Notes: generated by a model from the letters alone, not told the origin. A DNA stretch of 13,345 nucleotides from a bacterium (GCA_041946805.1 JBHGBC010000168.1:1-13345), one strand, 5' to 3'; shown: positions 1 through 8,356, numbered from the stretch's first letter. Numbers and translations: made by a program.

Positions 1-129
1 CATTTCGAAGAGATGCGAACCGGCGATCTGAAAAAAAGTACGCACTTGCCGGATGAGCCTGAAAAAAGCACGGATGAAGTTCTGAATTCGGATCATTGTT
101 ACCAGCGCCCAATCCAGTGCGAGGTTGCA

Positions 130-157
130 TTGCCACGTTTCCATTCCGGATTAAAAT
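130..157 (+). promoter_or_regulatory. Putative sigma70-type promoter for bcp
   Basis: TTGCCA (130-135) - 16 nt - TAAAAT (152-157), about 40 nt upstream of the bcp ATG. Shine-Dalgarno GGAGGA at 185-190. Confidence 0.5.
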
Positions 158-197
158 CCCGGATGATCCCAACAGATACCAATCGGAGGATTGAATC

Positions 198-665
198 ATG
201 GCTACGGTGGAAGAAGGCAAGGCGGCGCCGTCCTTTAGCCTGCCCGCGCATACCGGTGAAAACGTCTCGCTTAAGGAATTCAAAGGCCGGAAGCAGGTGG
301 TGCTGTATTTCTATCCCAAGGACGACACACCCGGCTGCACCAAGGAAGCCTGCTCGTTCCGGGACTACCTGCCCCAGATCGAAAGCCAGGACGCCGTGGT
401 CCTGGGCGTCAGCCGCGACAGCGTGGCCTCGCATGTCAAGTTCAAGGACAAGTACGAGTTGCCGTTTTTGCTGCTCAGCGACGAGAAAGAAGAGGTCTGT
501 AACAAATACGGCGTGATCCAGGAAAAAAACATGTGCGGCCGGAAGGTCATGGGCATCGTCCGCAGCACCTTCGTCATCGGCAAGGACGGCAAGATCAAGA
601 AAATCTTCCGCAACGTGAAAGTGGACGGCCACACGGAGCAGGTCCTGGCGGCGCTGGGCGCGTGA
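198..665 (+). CDS. bcp: Thioredoxin-dependent thiol peroxidase (peroxiredoxin Q / BCP), 2-Cys alpha2 type
   Basis: 155 aa. VVLYFYPKDDTPGCTKEAC contains PxxxTxxC with peroxidatic C47 and resolving C52 (CxxxxC). Typical BCP segments GVSRDS..SH.KF..KY.LPF.LLSD and RSTFVIGKDGKI...VKVDGH. SD GGAGGA 7 nt before the ATG. Confidence 0.96.
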   Translation: MATVEEGKAAPSFSLPAHTGENVSLKEFKGRKQVVLYFYPKDDTPGCTKEACSFRDYLPQIESQDAVVLGVSRDSVASHVKFKDKYELPFLLLSDEKEEVCNKYGVIQEKNMCGRKVMGIVRSTFVIGKDGKIKKIFRNVKVDGHTEQVLAALGA

Positions 666-672
666 GGCGCTT

Positions 673-2025
673 TCAGCCCATCTTGTCCCGCAGCGCCTTC
701 TGCAAGCTGTGGCAGAGTTCGGGGATGTCTCCCCGTTCCACGCCGCAATAGGCGAGGCGGATGCCGTTGATCGCGTTCACCTCCAGTGGCACGGTTCCGA
801 TCTTGTATGCCTTGAGCAGGTGGTCGCAAACGTCGGAGGCTTTGACCTTCACATTGGGATTGATGTTCACGAAGCAGAAGAATCCGCCTTGGAAGGGATC
901 CGGAACCAGCAGCGAGGGCGAGAGCTCGCACATCTCCTTTTTCATCAGGAGATACCGTTCCTTCAGCACGTTGTAGGCCTTTTGCCGTTCGTGCAGGACG
1001 GTGTCCCGTTCCCGCAAGGCCTTATGCACCACCGATTGCGCCACCAGGGAACAGTTGGACACCGTGTTGCGGACGATGCCCCGGAACTTGTTCTCGATCT
1101 CCTTTAAAACATCGTCCTTGCCCGCCTTCTCGAACCAGTCGTCCGGGCACAAGAGCGTAATCGCCCCGATCCGCGCGCCGTACCACAGCATCTCCTTGCT
1201 GATGCCGTCCAGCTTGACCACCAGCAGGTTCGGGCGGGCCTCCAGCTGGTAGAAGAGCGAGCCCTTTTCGGCGCCGTCGTCATAGACATAGCCTTCGTAT
1301 GCGTCATCGAGCATCAGCACCAGCTTCTTGTCCGTTCCACTCACCAGATCGTGAATCGCCTTCACGATCTCCACCGCGGCGGCCTTCGGCGGGCAATAGC
1401 CGGTGGGATTGTTGGGGAAGTTGAGCAGGGCCACGGCCCGGTCGTGCTTTTCCCACACCCGCTGGACGGCGGCGGTGAAGCCCTCCAGGTTGAAATCCTG
1501 CCCCTGGAAGGACGGGAATTCTTCAATCCCCGTGAAGACGTTGCGCAAAAACACGTTGTCGTAATTTTCCCAGCGTTTGTCCGTCACGATGATGGGCATG
1601 CCCGGATCGACGAACATCCGCACGCAGAGGCTGATGCCGCCGGTGATCCCCGGCGAAACCATGGGCAGGGTGATCCGGGGGCGGAGATAATCCGCGCGGG
1701 CGCCGGATTTGTGCAGCAGCCATTCTTTCCAGGATTCCCGGAAGGCGGGAACACCCACTTCCGGCGCGTAGGGGAAGATTTCCTCGGTGCTTAGGTTCGG
1801 GAAATATTTCTTCACCGAAGGAATGCAAAACGTGATTTTGGAATCATCCCCGCCATCGAATATCTGTTTGGCATGACCCATGGCCGAACCGATGGTGGCA
1901 TTGATTTTCGCCTCGGTCTTGGAACGGCCTGTCCAGTAAAAAATACCGGTGGGATTGTAGATCTGCTGGCCGTAACCGGACAGAAATTCGAGTGCGCCGG
2001 CTTTTTGCAACGCGGGAAATTCCAT
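673..2025 (-). CDS. PLP-dependent aminotransferase, class I/II fold (substrate unknown)
   Basis: 450 aa. LLNFPNNPTGY, DDAY (PLP pyridine Asp), KLDGISKE..WYGARIG (Schiff-base Lys and phosphate-binding Arg), QGGFF, C-terminal IRLAY. SD GGAGGAG upstream of the ATG. Convergent with bcp, 7-nt gap. Confidence 0.93.
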   Translation of the reverse strand: MEFPALQKAGALEFLSGYGQQIYNPTGIFYWTGRSKTEAKINATIGSAMGHAKQIFDGGDDSKITFCIPSVKKYFPNLSTEEIFPYAPEVGVPAFRESWKEWLLHKSGARADYLRPRITLPMVSPGITGGISLCVRMFVDPGMPIIVTDKRWENYDNVFLRNVFTGIEEFPSFQGQDFNLEGFTAAVQRVWEKHDRAVALLNFPNNPTGYCPPKAAAVEIVKAIHDLVSGTDKKLVLMLDDAYEGYVYDDGAEKGSLFYQLEARPNLLVVKLDGISKEMLWYGARIGAITLLCPDDWFEKAGKDDVLKEIENKFRGIVRNTVSNCSLVAQSVVHKALRERDTVLHERQKAYNVLKERYLLMKKEMCELSPSLLVPDPFQGGFFCFVNINPNVKVKASDVCDHLLKAYKIGTVPLEVNAINGIRLAYCGVERGDIPELCHSLQKALRDKMG

Positions 2026-2056
2026 GATTTCTCCTCCGGGGTATTAGATTGAACGT

Positions 2057-2084
2057 ATTCTCTCCGGAGGGCGGGGATCGTCAA
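2057..2084 (-). promoter_or_regulatory. Possible sigma70-type promoter for the aminotransferase
   Basis: Minus strand TTGACG (2084-2079) - 16 nt - GAGAAT (2062-2057), about 30 nt upstream of the ATG at 2025. Confidence 0.35.
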
Positions 2085-2122
2085 GTTCCATGCCATTTTT
2101 AAAGGAAGTTTTCGGCAGTATC

Positions 2123-2144
2123 GCCCAGGGTTGAAATCCTGGGC
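2123..2144. repeat. REP-like hairpin GCCCAGGGTTGAAATCCTGGGC
   Basis: Perfect 7-bp stem GCCCAGG (2123-2129) / CCTGGGC (2138-2144) in intergenic DNA. Resembles the CCCAGGGTTGAAACCCTGGG-type extragenic palindrome. Confidence 0.55.
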
Positions 2145-2225
2145 TGCTGTTCCGCGGCCCCGGGAAAGGGGCGCGGGGGGGAGGAAGGCGTAATTCGAGA
2201 GGTGAAAGCGTGAAGAAGAGATTTT

Positions 2226-2324
2226 CCCTCACCCCGGCCCTCTCCCAGAGGGAGAGGGAATAGTGGAGTGGCCCTCTCCCAGGGGGAGAGGGAGGCGGTT
2301 AGCGGTTTCCCAGGGGGAGAGGGG
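2226..2324 (+). repeat. Cluster of CCCTC(A/C)CCC..CCCTCTCCC-N-GGGAGAGGG REP-like palindromes
   Basis: Full copy 2226-2259 (CCCTCACCCCGGCCCTCTCCCAGAGGGAGAGGGA), second copy 2270-2293, half copy 2308-2324. The full copy is 31/34 identical to the reverse complement of 12880-12913. Confidence 0.85.
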
Positions 2325-2578
2325 ATTATTCCTTTTATCGTCCTTTTTCCCGGGTGTGGCGCCGGGTTCGCTTCTCGCGCGCTGTTGGCGCTTGCATCAC
2401 CAAACCGAATTCTGATGAAGCCTGTATTACGAAAACTCAACCGAACCTAGAAAGTTCCGCATTCGGGTCAATCATTACCACCCCCATGCCGATATTCGTG
2501 GCATCCTCTTGTTACGACCGGGGAAGCTCATAATAATGGCGGGAGAACCAATCATTCTGTTGATCATGAGGATGGGAC

Positions 2579-3655
2579 ATGAATTACGCGCAACGCACCC
2601 AGGCGGTTCTCCGAAGGATGGAGCAGGAAAACGCGGATTGGTTCTTCGTGACCAACCTGATCAACGTCCGGTATCTCTCCGGATTCACCGGCACCCACGG
2701 TGTGTTGCTGATCCACCCGGACCGGCGCTACATCCTCACGGACGGGCGCTACGGCGAGCAGGTCCAGCGCGAAGTCACCGAGTACGAGCCGGTGATCCAG
2801 GGCAACCGCAAGGAAATCGAAGCCATCCGCGACACGGTGGGCGATCTCTCCTCCTGCCGCGTATGGGTCGAAGCGGAAAACTGCACCCTGGCCCGTTTGG
2901 AGGAATTGCAATCCACCTTGCCCGCCCGGGCCTATGTGGGACAGAAAAACGTGGTGGAATCACTGCGCGCGGTTAAGGAAGAAGCGGAGATCGGCGCCAT
3001 CCGCCAGGCCTTGCGGGTAGCCGAGGAGGCGTTCGAGAAGGCCCTTGGTTTTATCCGGGAAGGCATCACCGAACGCGAACTGGCCCACTTTCTGGAAGAC
3101 GAAATGTGGAAAGGCGGCGCGGCCAAGGAATCGTTCGAATCGCTGATCCTCTTCGGCCCGAATTCCTCGCTCTGCCACGGGAAACCTTCGAACCAGCGGC
3201 TGAAGCGAGGCGAAGTGGTGCTCATGGATTTCGGCTGCGTGATCGACGGGTATTGCTCGGACATCACGCGAACCGTTTTCCTCGGCGATCCGGGTGATTC
3301 ATTCAAAGCCCTCTACCAATGCGTCCACCAGGCCAACGCGCGCGCGGCGGAAGCTATCCGGCCAGGGATCACCGGTGTGCAAGGCGATGAATTCGCGCGG
3401 GATGTCATCCGCCAGGCCGGCCACGAAGACCTGTTCGTCCACGGATTGGGGCACGGTGTAGGATTGGAGATCCATGAAGCGCCCCGCCTCTCTCCCCTCT
3501 ACGATAAGGAAATCCAGGCGGGAAACGTGGTGACCATCGAGCCGGGAGTCTACATCCCCGGATCGGGAGGCGTCCGCATCGAGGACATGGCCGTGGTGCG
3601 GGATCACGGCTGCGAGGTGTTGAACCAGTCCACCAAGGAAATGATTGTGTTGTGA
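2579..3655 (+). CDS. Xaa-Pro aminopeptidase/dipeptidase, peptidase family M24B (PepP/PepQ-like)
   Basis: 358 aa. Creatinase-like N-terminus (NVRYLSGFTG, TDGRY). Metal-ligand motifs MDFG, YCSDITRT, HGLGHGVGLEIHEAP, TIEPGVY and GVRIED. Confidence 0.96.
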   Translation: MNYAQRTQAVLRRMEQENADWFFVTNLINVRYLSGFTGTHGVLLIHPDRRYILTDGRYGEQVQREVTEYEPVIQGNRKEIEAIRDTVGDLSSCRVWVEAENCTLARLEELQSTLPARAYVGQKNVVESLRAVKEEAEIGAIRQALRVAEEAFEKALGFIREGITERELAHFLEDEMWKGGAAKESFESLILFGPNSSLCHGKPSNQRLKRGEVVLMDFGCVIDGYCSDITRTVFLGDPGDSFKALYQCVHQANARAAEAIRPGITGVQGDEFARDVIRQAGHEDLFVHGLGHGVGLEIHEAPRLSPLYDKEIQAGNVVTIEPGVYIPGSGGVRIEDMAVVRDHGCEVLNQSTKEMIVL

Positions 3656-3920
3656 GCGCAGGCGGCTCACCGGCAACCGATCCCGAAGGGATCAATGTGA
3701 TTTGCCGTAGGCGATAGCCTACGGTTGCGTAAAAATTCAATATCAACCCCGGCGGGGTTGAATACCCCATTCGACCCCGGCGGGTCGTTTTCTATGGGAC
3801 CATCCCGGGGGTTGTCACCCCCGGCTATTCACATTCAATCCCGCCGGGATTGCGGGCACATGAGCGCAGGCGGCTCACCGGCAACCGACCCCGAAGGGAT
3901 CAATGTGAATAGCCGTAGGC
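3653..3920. repeat. Multi-hairpin REPIN/BIME-like element (208-bp unit) with a 60-bp partial tandem duplication
   Basis: 3653-3712 and 3861-3920 are 57/60 identical. Six short hairpins at 3679-3693, 3705-3724, 3743-3761, 3772-3787, 3805-3824 and 3836-3852 are arranged with mirror symmetry. Confidence 0.85.
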
Positions 3921-3943
3921 AACTTGATGAGCCGGTTGATGAT

Positions 3944-3974
3944 TGATGGGTTACGCTTCGCTAACCCATCCTGC
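3944..3974 (-). repeat. GTAG-type REP-like palindrome; possible terminator between the convergent peptidase and mqnA genes
   Basis: Perfect 9-bp stem GATGGGTTA / TAACCCATC. Minus strand reads GCAGGATGGGTTAGCGAAGCGTAACCCATCA. Related copies at 8392-8427 and 9058-9088. Confidence 0.75.
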
Positions 3975-4005
3975 CCGCCGGTGTGAACGCGCCGCAAAGC
4001 TCCCT

Positions 4006-4773
4006 CTATACAATCCCGTGGTCCCGCGCGCGGTCCAGGAAGAAACGCATGCCCTCCACTTCCCGTTCTCCCAGCCAATAGCGCACGCAGCGGGTGAAAT
4101 AATCGAGGAAAAATTCTGGCGGATTGGCGGACCGGCCGGCGCGAATGCGCGCCAAGGTATTCAGCGCCTTCAATCCTTCATCCAGCGCCTGGTGGAAGGG
4201 CTCTTGCAAACTTGCCGGATCCAAGCCCGGCCGGGTGATCCACGCGGCGTACACAAACGGCAGTCCGCAGTAATCCCGCCAGCAATCCCCCATGTCCAAC
4301 ACGCGGTGGACCGCGCCATCGAACTCGAGCGCCGGATCGCCAATCATCAGCGCGGCGTCCGCATCCCGCAGGCCGTTCTCGAGCGGCGGCGTGAAGGGCA
4401 CATACCGGGGGCTTTGCTTCCAATATTCGGCAAACAAGATCCGCGCCATGGCCACGGAGGTCAGGGAACTTTGGTCCAAGGCCACGGTCTTCACATCACG
4501 GCAGTCCTTGGCGCAAAAGAGCATGACGCTGGCCACCGGCCCGTCGCTGCCGATCCCCAATCCGGGGATGAAGTGGTAATCGGGATGGCGGGCAAGTTCG
4601 ATGGTGGAAAGCATCGCCACGTCCAGATCCCCCGCGGCCAGCATTTTCCCGAGGGCCGAGGGGACCGCGCGGACAATCCGGGCTTGGGGGAGATGGTTGG
4701 GCAGAAAATGTTCGAGCGGCAAACCATTGGCGTAGGGCACTACGCCGATTCGCAGAAAGTCAGGCTGGGTCAA
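4006..4773 (-). CDS. mqnA: Chorismate dehydratase MqnA (futalosine pathway of menaquinone biosynthesis)
   Basis: 255 aa, TTG start preceded by GAGGGAG. MqnA/MqnD-family motifs RIGVVPYANGLPL, GIGSDGPVASVMLF, VALDQSSLTSV, ALMIGDPAL and DMG..W...GLPFVYAAW. Confidence 0.92.
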   Translation of the reverse strand: MTQPDFLRIGVVPYANGLPLEHFLPNHLPQARIVRAVPSALGKMLAAGDLDVAMLSTIELARHPDYHFIPGLGIGSDGPVASVMLFCAKDCRDVKTVALDQSSLTSVAMARILFAEYWKQSPRYVPFTPPLENGLRDADAALMIGDPALEFDGAVHRVLDMGDCWRDYCGLPFVYAAWITRPGLDPASLQEPFHQALDEGLKALNTLARIRAGRSANPPEFFLDYFTRCVRYWLGEREVEGMRFFLDRARDHGIV

Positions 4774-4850
4774 GATATACTCCCTCGTGGTCTAGGACAT
4801 GAAGAAGAACAGCGGCGATAGTCATCCCGCGGGGCGGATTCACCACACCA

Positions 4851-6440
4851 TCACTGCAAGTTGATTTCCTTGACGTCCTTGACAATCTTCAATTCCCGCA
4901 GTTGTTCCAAAACGCTTTTGGGCAGGGGGGCGTCCACGTTGCAGACGGTCACCGCGTACCCGCCCTTTTCCTTGCGGCCCAGGCTCATGTCGGCGATGTT
5001 GACGTTGTTGACGCCCAGCACGGTGCAGACCTGGCCGATCACGCCGGGCTCGTCGACGTTCATGAAGAACAGGATGGTGCCGAAGGGATTGGCGTCGATG
5101 TGGTAGCCGTCCACGATCACGATGCGGGGGTCCTCGCCGAAGTTGGTTCCGCAGACCGTGACCGCCTCATTGTTGGAGCTGAGTTTCACCCGGATGAGAT
5201 TGGTATAACCTTCGGTCTTGTGCGCTTTGACTTCGGAATAATTGATATTGCGCTGCTTGGCCAGGATGGGGGCGTTCACGAAATTGACCGTTTCCGTCAT
5301 GATGGGCGTCAGCAGGCCTTTCAGAACCGCCAGGGTCAAAAAGGACGTATCGAAGCCCGCCAGGTCCCCGGAATAAGTCACTTCCAGGTGGTCCATTTGT
5401 TTTCCCAGGTATTGCACCGCGAACATGCCCAATTTTTCGGCCAGATTCAGATACGGGCCGATTTTGGACCGCAGTTCGGGCGAAATGGCGGGAATGTTGG
5501 CGGCGTTGCGCACTTCGCCGCCGGTCAGGGCGTCCAGCACGTTCCGCGCGACCTCGATGCCCACGTTGATCTGGGCTTCTTGCGTCGAGGCCCCCAGGTG
5601 CGGCGTGCAGATGCAATCATCGCGCATCAACAGGGGCAGGCCCGGCGCGGGCGGTTCCTGCTCATACACGTCGAGGGCGGCCCCGGCGCATTTCCCGCTT
5701 TCCAGGGCGCGCAGCAGGGCTTGTTCGTCAATGATCCCGCCCCGGGCGCAGTTGATGATCCGCACTCCTTTTTTCATCTTGGCGAAGGCCTGGTCGTTGA
5801 TTAAATGCTCCGTCTCTTTTGATTTGGGGGTATGCATGGTGATGAAGTCGGACTGGGTGTACAGCTCATCCAGAGTGACCGGGACAAAGCCCATCTGCTT
5901 GACCATTTCCGGAGACGCGTACGGGTCGTAGCCCAGCACCTTCATCCCGAACGCCAACGCCCGGTTGCCCACCACGCTGCCGATCCGCCCCAGGCCGATG
6001 ATCCCCAGGGTTTTGCCGAACAACTCCGTGCCGGTGTATTTTTTCCGGTCCCATTTTCCTTCCCGCAGCGAGATGTTGGCCGGCGCGATGTTGCGCGACA
6101 GGCTCAACAGCAACGCCCAGGTGTGCTCGGCGGTGGATATGGTGTTGCCTCCCGGGGTGTTCATGACGATCACCCCGCGCTGCGTGGCCGCCCCGATGTC
6201 CACGTTGTCCAAACCGACTCCGGCCCGCCCCACGACTTTCAACCGGCCGGCTTTCTCCAGCACCTCCTTCGTAACCCGGGTCTCGCTCCGGATCAACAGG
6301 GCGTCGTACTGGCCGATGATTTCCAACAGCTGATCGGCCGGGAGTTTGGTTTTCACATCCACCTGGACTTCCGAATGGCTTTGGAGAATGTCGATGGCTT
6401 CCTGGGCAAGCGGATCGCTGACAAGGACTCGGTAGGGCAT
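4851..6440 (-). CDS. serA: D-3-phosphoglycerate dehydrogenase, long type I form with ASB and ACT domains
   Basis: 529 aa. RAGVGLDNVD, NTPGGNTISTAEH, Rossmann GIIGLGRIG, INCARGGII, DVYEQEPP, TPHLGASTQEAQ, VNFVNAP (ASB), and ACT motif DEPGVIG...NVNIADMSLGR. Confidence 0.97.
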   Translation of the reverse strand: MPYRVLVSDPLAQEAIDILQSHSEVQVDVKTKLPADQLLEIIGQYDALLIRSETRVTKEVLEKAGRLKVVGRAGVGLDNVDIGAATQRGVIVMNTPGGNTISTAEHTWALLLSLSRNIAPANISLREGKWDRKKYTGTELFGKTLGIIGLGRIGSVVGNRALAFGMKVLGYDPYASPEMVKQMGFVPVTLDELYTQSDFITMHTPKSKETEHLINDQAFAKMKKGVRIINCARGGIIDEQALLRALESGKCAGAALDVYEQEPPAPGLPLLMRDDCICTPHLGASTQEAQINVGIEVARNVLDALTGGEVRNAANIPAISPELRSKIGPYLNLAEKLGMFAVQYLGKQMDHLEVTYSGDLAGFDTSFLTLAVLKGLLTPIMTETVNFVNAPILAKQRNINYSEVKAHKTEGYTNLIRVKLSSNNEAVTVCGTNFGEDPRIVIVDGYHIDANPFGTILFFMNVDEPGVIGQVCTVLGVNNVNIADMSLGRKEKGGYAVTVCNVDAPLPKSVLEQLRELKIVKDVKEINLQ

Positions 6441-6562
6441 GATTCGTTTCCTTCTCGGTTGTAGGATGGCCGGTTACTTTCATCCAAACAGCATTGGGAT
6501 TTGGGCAGGCCCCTAGTCCGCCGCCTGGGGGACACGTGCTATACCCCGGTGCCGGAGTTGTT

Positions 6563-6568
6563 TATAAT
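6563..6568 (+). promoter_or_regulatory. Candidate -10 element for the sugar kinase gene, in the divergent serA/kinase gap
   Basis: Perfect TATAAT in an AT-rich patch about 95 nt upstream of the ATG at 6664. No convincing -35. SD GGAGGA at 6650-6655. Confidence 0.35.
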
Positions 6569-6612
6569 GGCCCGCACGATTTTATTTATCATATAGAGGA
6601 AAATAATAGTAG

Positions 6613-6642
6613 CCTTCACCCCGCGCTCCCGCAAGCGGGGGA
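6613..6642 (+). repeat. Degenerate CCCTCACCCC-family REP-like hairpin in the kinase leader
   Basis: CCTTCACCCCGCGCTCCCGCAAGCGGGGGA. Inverted repeat CTCCCGC/GCGGGGG preceded by a CCTTCACCCC tail like the 2226 copy. Confidence 0.45.
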
Positions 6643-6663
6643 ATCATTCGGAGGAATTTACCG

Positions 6664-8193
6664 ATGGCCTACATGGGCGTTGATATCGGCACAACGGGCG
6701 CCAAGGCGGTGGTTTTTCTCCCCGATGGCACGGTGGCCGCCTCCGCGTACCGGGAGTATCCCTTGATCCATCCCCGGCCCGGCTGGGCGGAATTGGACCC
6801 GCGGCAAGTCTGGGCCGCCGTGACCGAGGTCATCCGCGAATCCGCCGGCCGATCCCCGGATCCCATCCAGGCCCTGGCTTTCTCCGCCCTGGGCGAAGCG
6901 GTTACGCCCGTGGACGCCCACGGTGAACCGTTGGACAACACCCTGATCGCCATGGATGTGCGGGCCGAACGGGAGTGCGCCTGGCTGGGCGAACAGCTCG
7001 GCCGCCGCGCGTTGTTCGAAATCACCGGCCAGCCGCTCCACCCGATGTACAGTTTAAATAAGATTCTATGGTGGAAAAACCACAAGCCGGAGGTCTATCG
7101 TCAGGCCCATAAATTCCTCTGCTGGCAGGATTACGCCGTCTCCCGGCTGGGCTGCGATCCGGTGATCGATTATTCCCTGGCCTCCCGCATGTTCACCTTC
7201 GACTTGCGCCACAAAACCTGGAACACCCGGATCCTCGAAACCGCCGGCCTCTCTCCGGACCGCCTGCCCATCCCCCGCCCCAGCGGGACGGTCATCGGAT
7301 CCGTCTCCCCTTCCGCCGCCTCCCCGTTGGGCCTGACCTCCTACACCCAGGTGGTAGCCGGCGGATTCGACCAGCCCGCGGCGGCCTTAGGCGCGGGCAT
7401 TCTCGCGCCGGGCATCGCCGTGGACGGCCTGGGCACCGTGGAATGCGTCACACCCGCGCTCGACCGGCCGGTCACCGACGATGCCCTGCTGGAGGGCAAT
7501 ATCCCCTGTTGCCCGCATGTGGTCGAGGGACTGTATATTTTCATGGCGTTCAACTTCACCGGCGGCAATCTGCTGCGCTGGCACCGCAACCAGTTCGCCC
7601 TCGAGGAAAAACTGGAAGCGGAACGCACCGGCCGGGACGTGTACGACCTCATCATCGAAAAAGCCCTGCGGACCGAAACCGGGGCCATGGTCCTGCCCCA
7701 TTTTCTGGGAACCGGCACCCCCCACCTGGATCCGCATTCCCGGGGCGCCATCCTCGGCCTAACCCTGGACGTGACGCGCCACCAGGCCGCCCGCGCCATT
7801 CTCGAGGGCATCGGCTACGAAATGCTGATGAACCTCTCCATCCTCGAACGGGCGGGAGTCTCCATCGGCGAGCTGCGCGCCACGGGCGGAGGGGCCAAAT
7901 CGCCCGCCTGGCTGCGCTTGAAAGCCAGTTTGTTCGGCAAGCGGATCACGGCCATGAAAACCACCGAGGGCGGCTGCCTCGCCATGGCCATGCAATCGGC
8001 CACGGCCTGCGGGGAATATGCGTCCATCCAGGAAGCCATCGGCCAGGCCCTCCAATTCGGCGAAACCTACGATCCGGATCCGGAACAACAGGCCTATTAC
8101 CAAAAACGGTTCGCGACGTATCTGAAAATCTATCCCCGGCTCAAGGAGCTCAACCACGAACTGGCGGCATTGGGTCAAACGATTCACAATTGA
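6664..8193 (+). CDS. FGGY-family carbohydrate kinase (xylulokinase-like; substrate unassigned)
   Basis: 509 aa. Phosphate-1 motif GVDIGTTGAKA, GWAELDP, SALGE, GGFDQPAAALGAG, GTVE, RAILEG and TGGGAKSPAW. Confidence 0.93.
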   Translation: MAYMGVDIGTTGAKAVVFLPDGTVAASAYREYPLIHPRPGWAELDPRQVWAAVTEVIRESAGRSPDPIQALAFSALGEAVTPVDAHGEPLDNTLIAMDVRAERECAWLGEQLGRRALFEITGQPLHPMYSLNKILWWKNHKPEVYRQAHKFLCWQDYAVSRLGCDPVIDYSLASRMFTFDLRHKTWNTRILETAGLSPDRLPIPRPSGTVIGSVSPSAASPLGLTSYTQVVAGGFDQPAAALGAGILAPGIAVDGLGTVECVTPALDRPVTDDALLEGNIPCCPHVVEGLYIFMAFNFTGGNLLRWHRNQFALEEKLEAERTGRDVYDLIIEKALRTETGAMVLPHFLGTGTPHLDPHSRGAILGLTLDVTRHQAARAILEGIGYEMLMNLSILERAGVSIGELRATGGGAKSPAWLRLKASLFGKRITAMKTTEGGCLAMAMQSATACGEYASIQEAIGQALQFGETYDPDPEQQAYYQKRFATYLKIYPRLKELNHELAALGQTIHN

Positions 8194-8244
8194 AGTCTTT
8201 CTTGATCGGGCGCCGGATTATAAACCGGATCCTTCTCCATCATG

Positions 8245-8271
8245 GTAGGGGCACATTGCAACGTGCCCTTA
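8245..8271. repeat. GTAGGGGCAC-type REP-like palindrome
   Basis: GTAGGGGCACATTGCAACGTGCCCTTA is near-palindromic. Related degenerate copy at 13183-13210 (ATAGGGGCGCGTTGCCGCGCACCTCTAC). Confidence 0.7.
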
Positions 8272-8304
8272 GGATGCGGATTCGGCATAAGGCGGCACGA
8301 GCTT

Positions 8305-8338
8305 TCCTCCCCTTCGCCCTCTTCCAAGGGAGAGGGGA
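8305..8338 (+). repeat. Degenerate CCCTCTCCC/GGGAGAGGG REP-like copy
   Basis: TCCTCCCCTTCGCCCTCTTCCAAGGGAGAGGGGA aligns with the 2226-2259 and 13049-13082 copies. Confidence 0.65.
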
Positions 8339-8356
8339 AATGAAGATTGTCGGAAT

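Noticed and set aside
28..74. Imperfect direct repeat CTGAAAAAA(A)G(T/C)ACG
   Set aside because: Two short low-complexity copies at the window edge; insufficient evidence of function.
1..96. Minus-strand open frame running off the window start (MIRIQNFIRAFFRLIRQVRTFFQIAGSHLFEM...)
   Set aside because: Could be the start of a gene divergent from bcp, but only 32 codons are visible, with no SD and no recognisable motif.
673..2025. Aminotransferase as the phosphoserine aminotransferase partner of serA
   Set aside because: Its motifs are class I/II, whereas SerC is class V, and it is not adjacent to serA.
2044..2450. Short ORFs 2044-2232, 2099-2440 and 2268-2450
   Set aside because: Their translations (PLPLGEGRGEG, LSQGERE) are simply readings of the REP palindromes; no domain signal.
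3653..3920. Possible CRISPR array
   Set aside because: Only two 60-bp copies 208 nt apart. The intervening sequence is itself palindromic rather than a unique 30-40-nt spacer, and there are no cas genes in the window.
3725..3946. 73-aa ORF within the hairpin element
   Set aside because: Lies entirely in palindromic repeat sequence; no HUH or other motif.
6516..6533. GTCCGCCGCCTGGGGGAC resembles the 3' hairpin of a ZTP riboswitch near serA
   Set aside because: It is on the wrong strand for the serA leader, and the required upstream GACTGGCG pseudoknot partner is absent.
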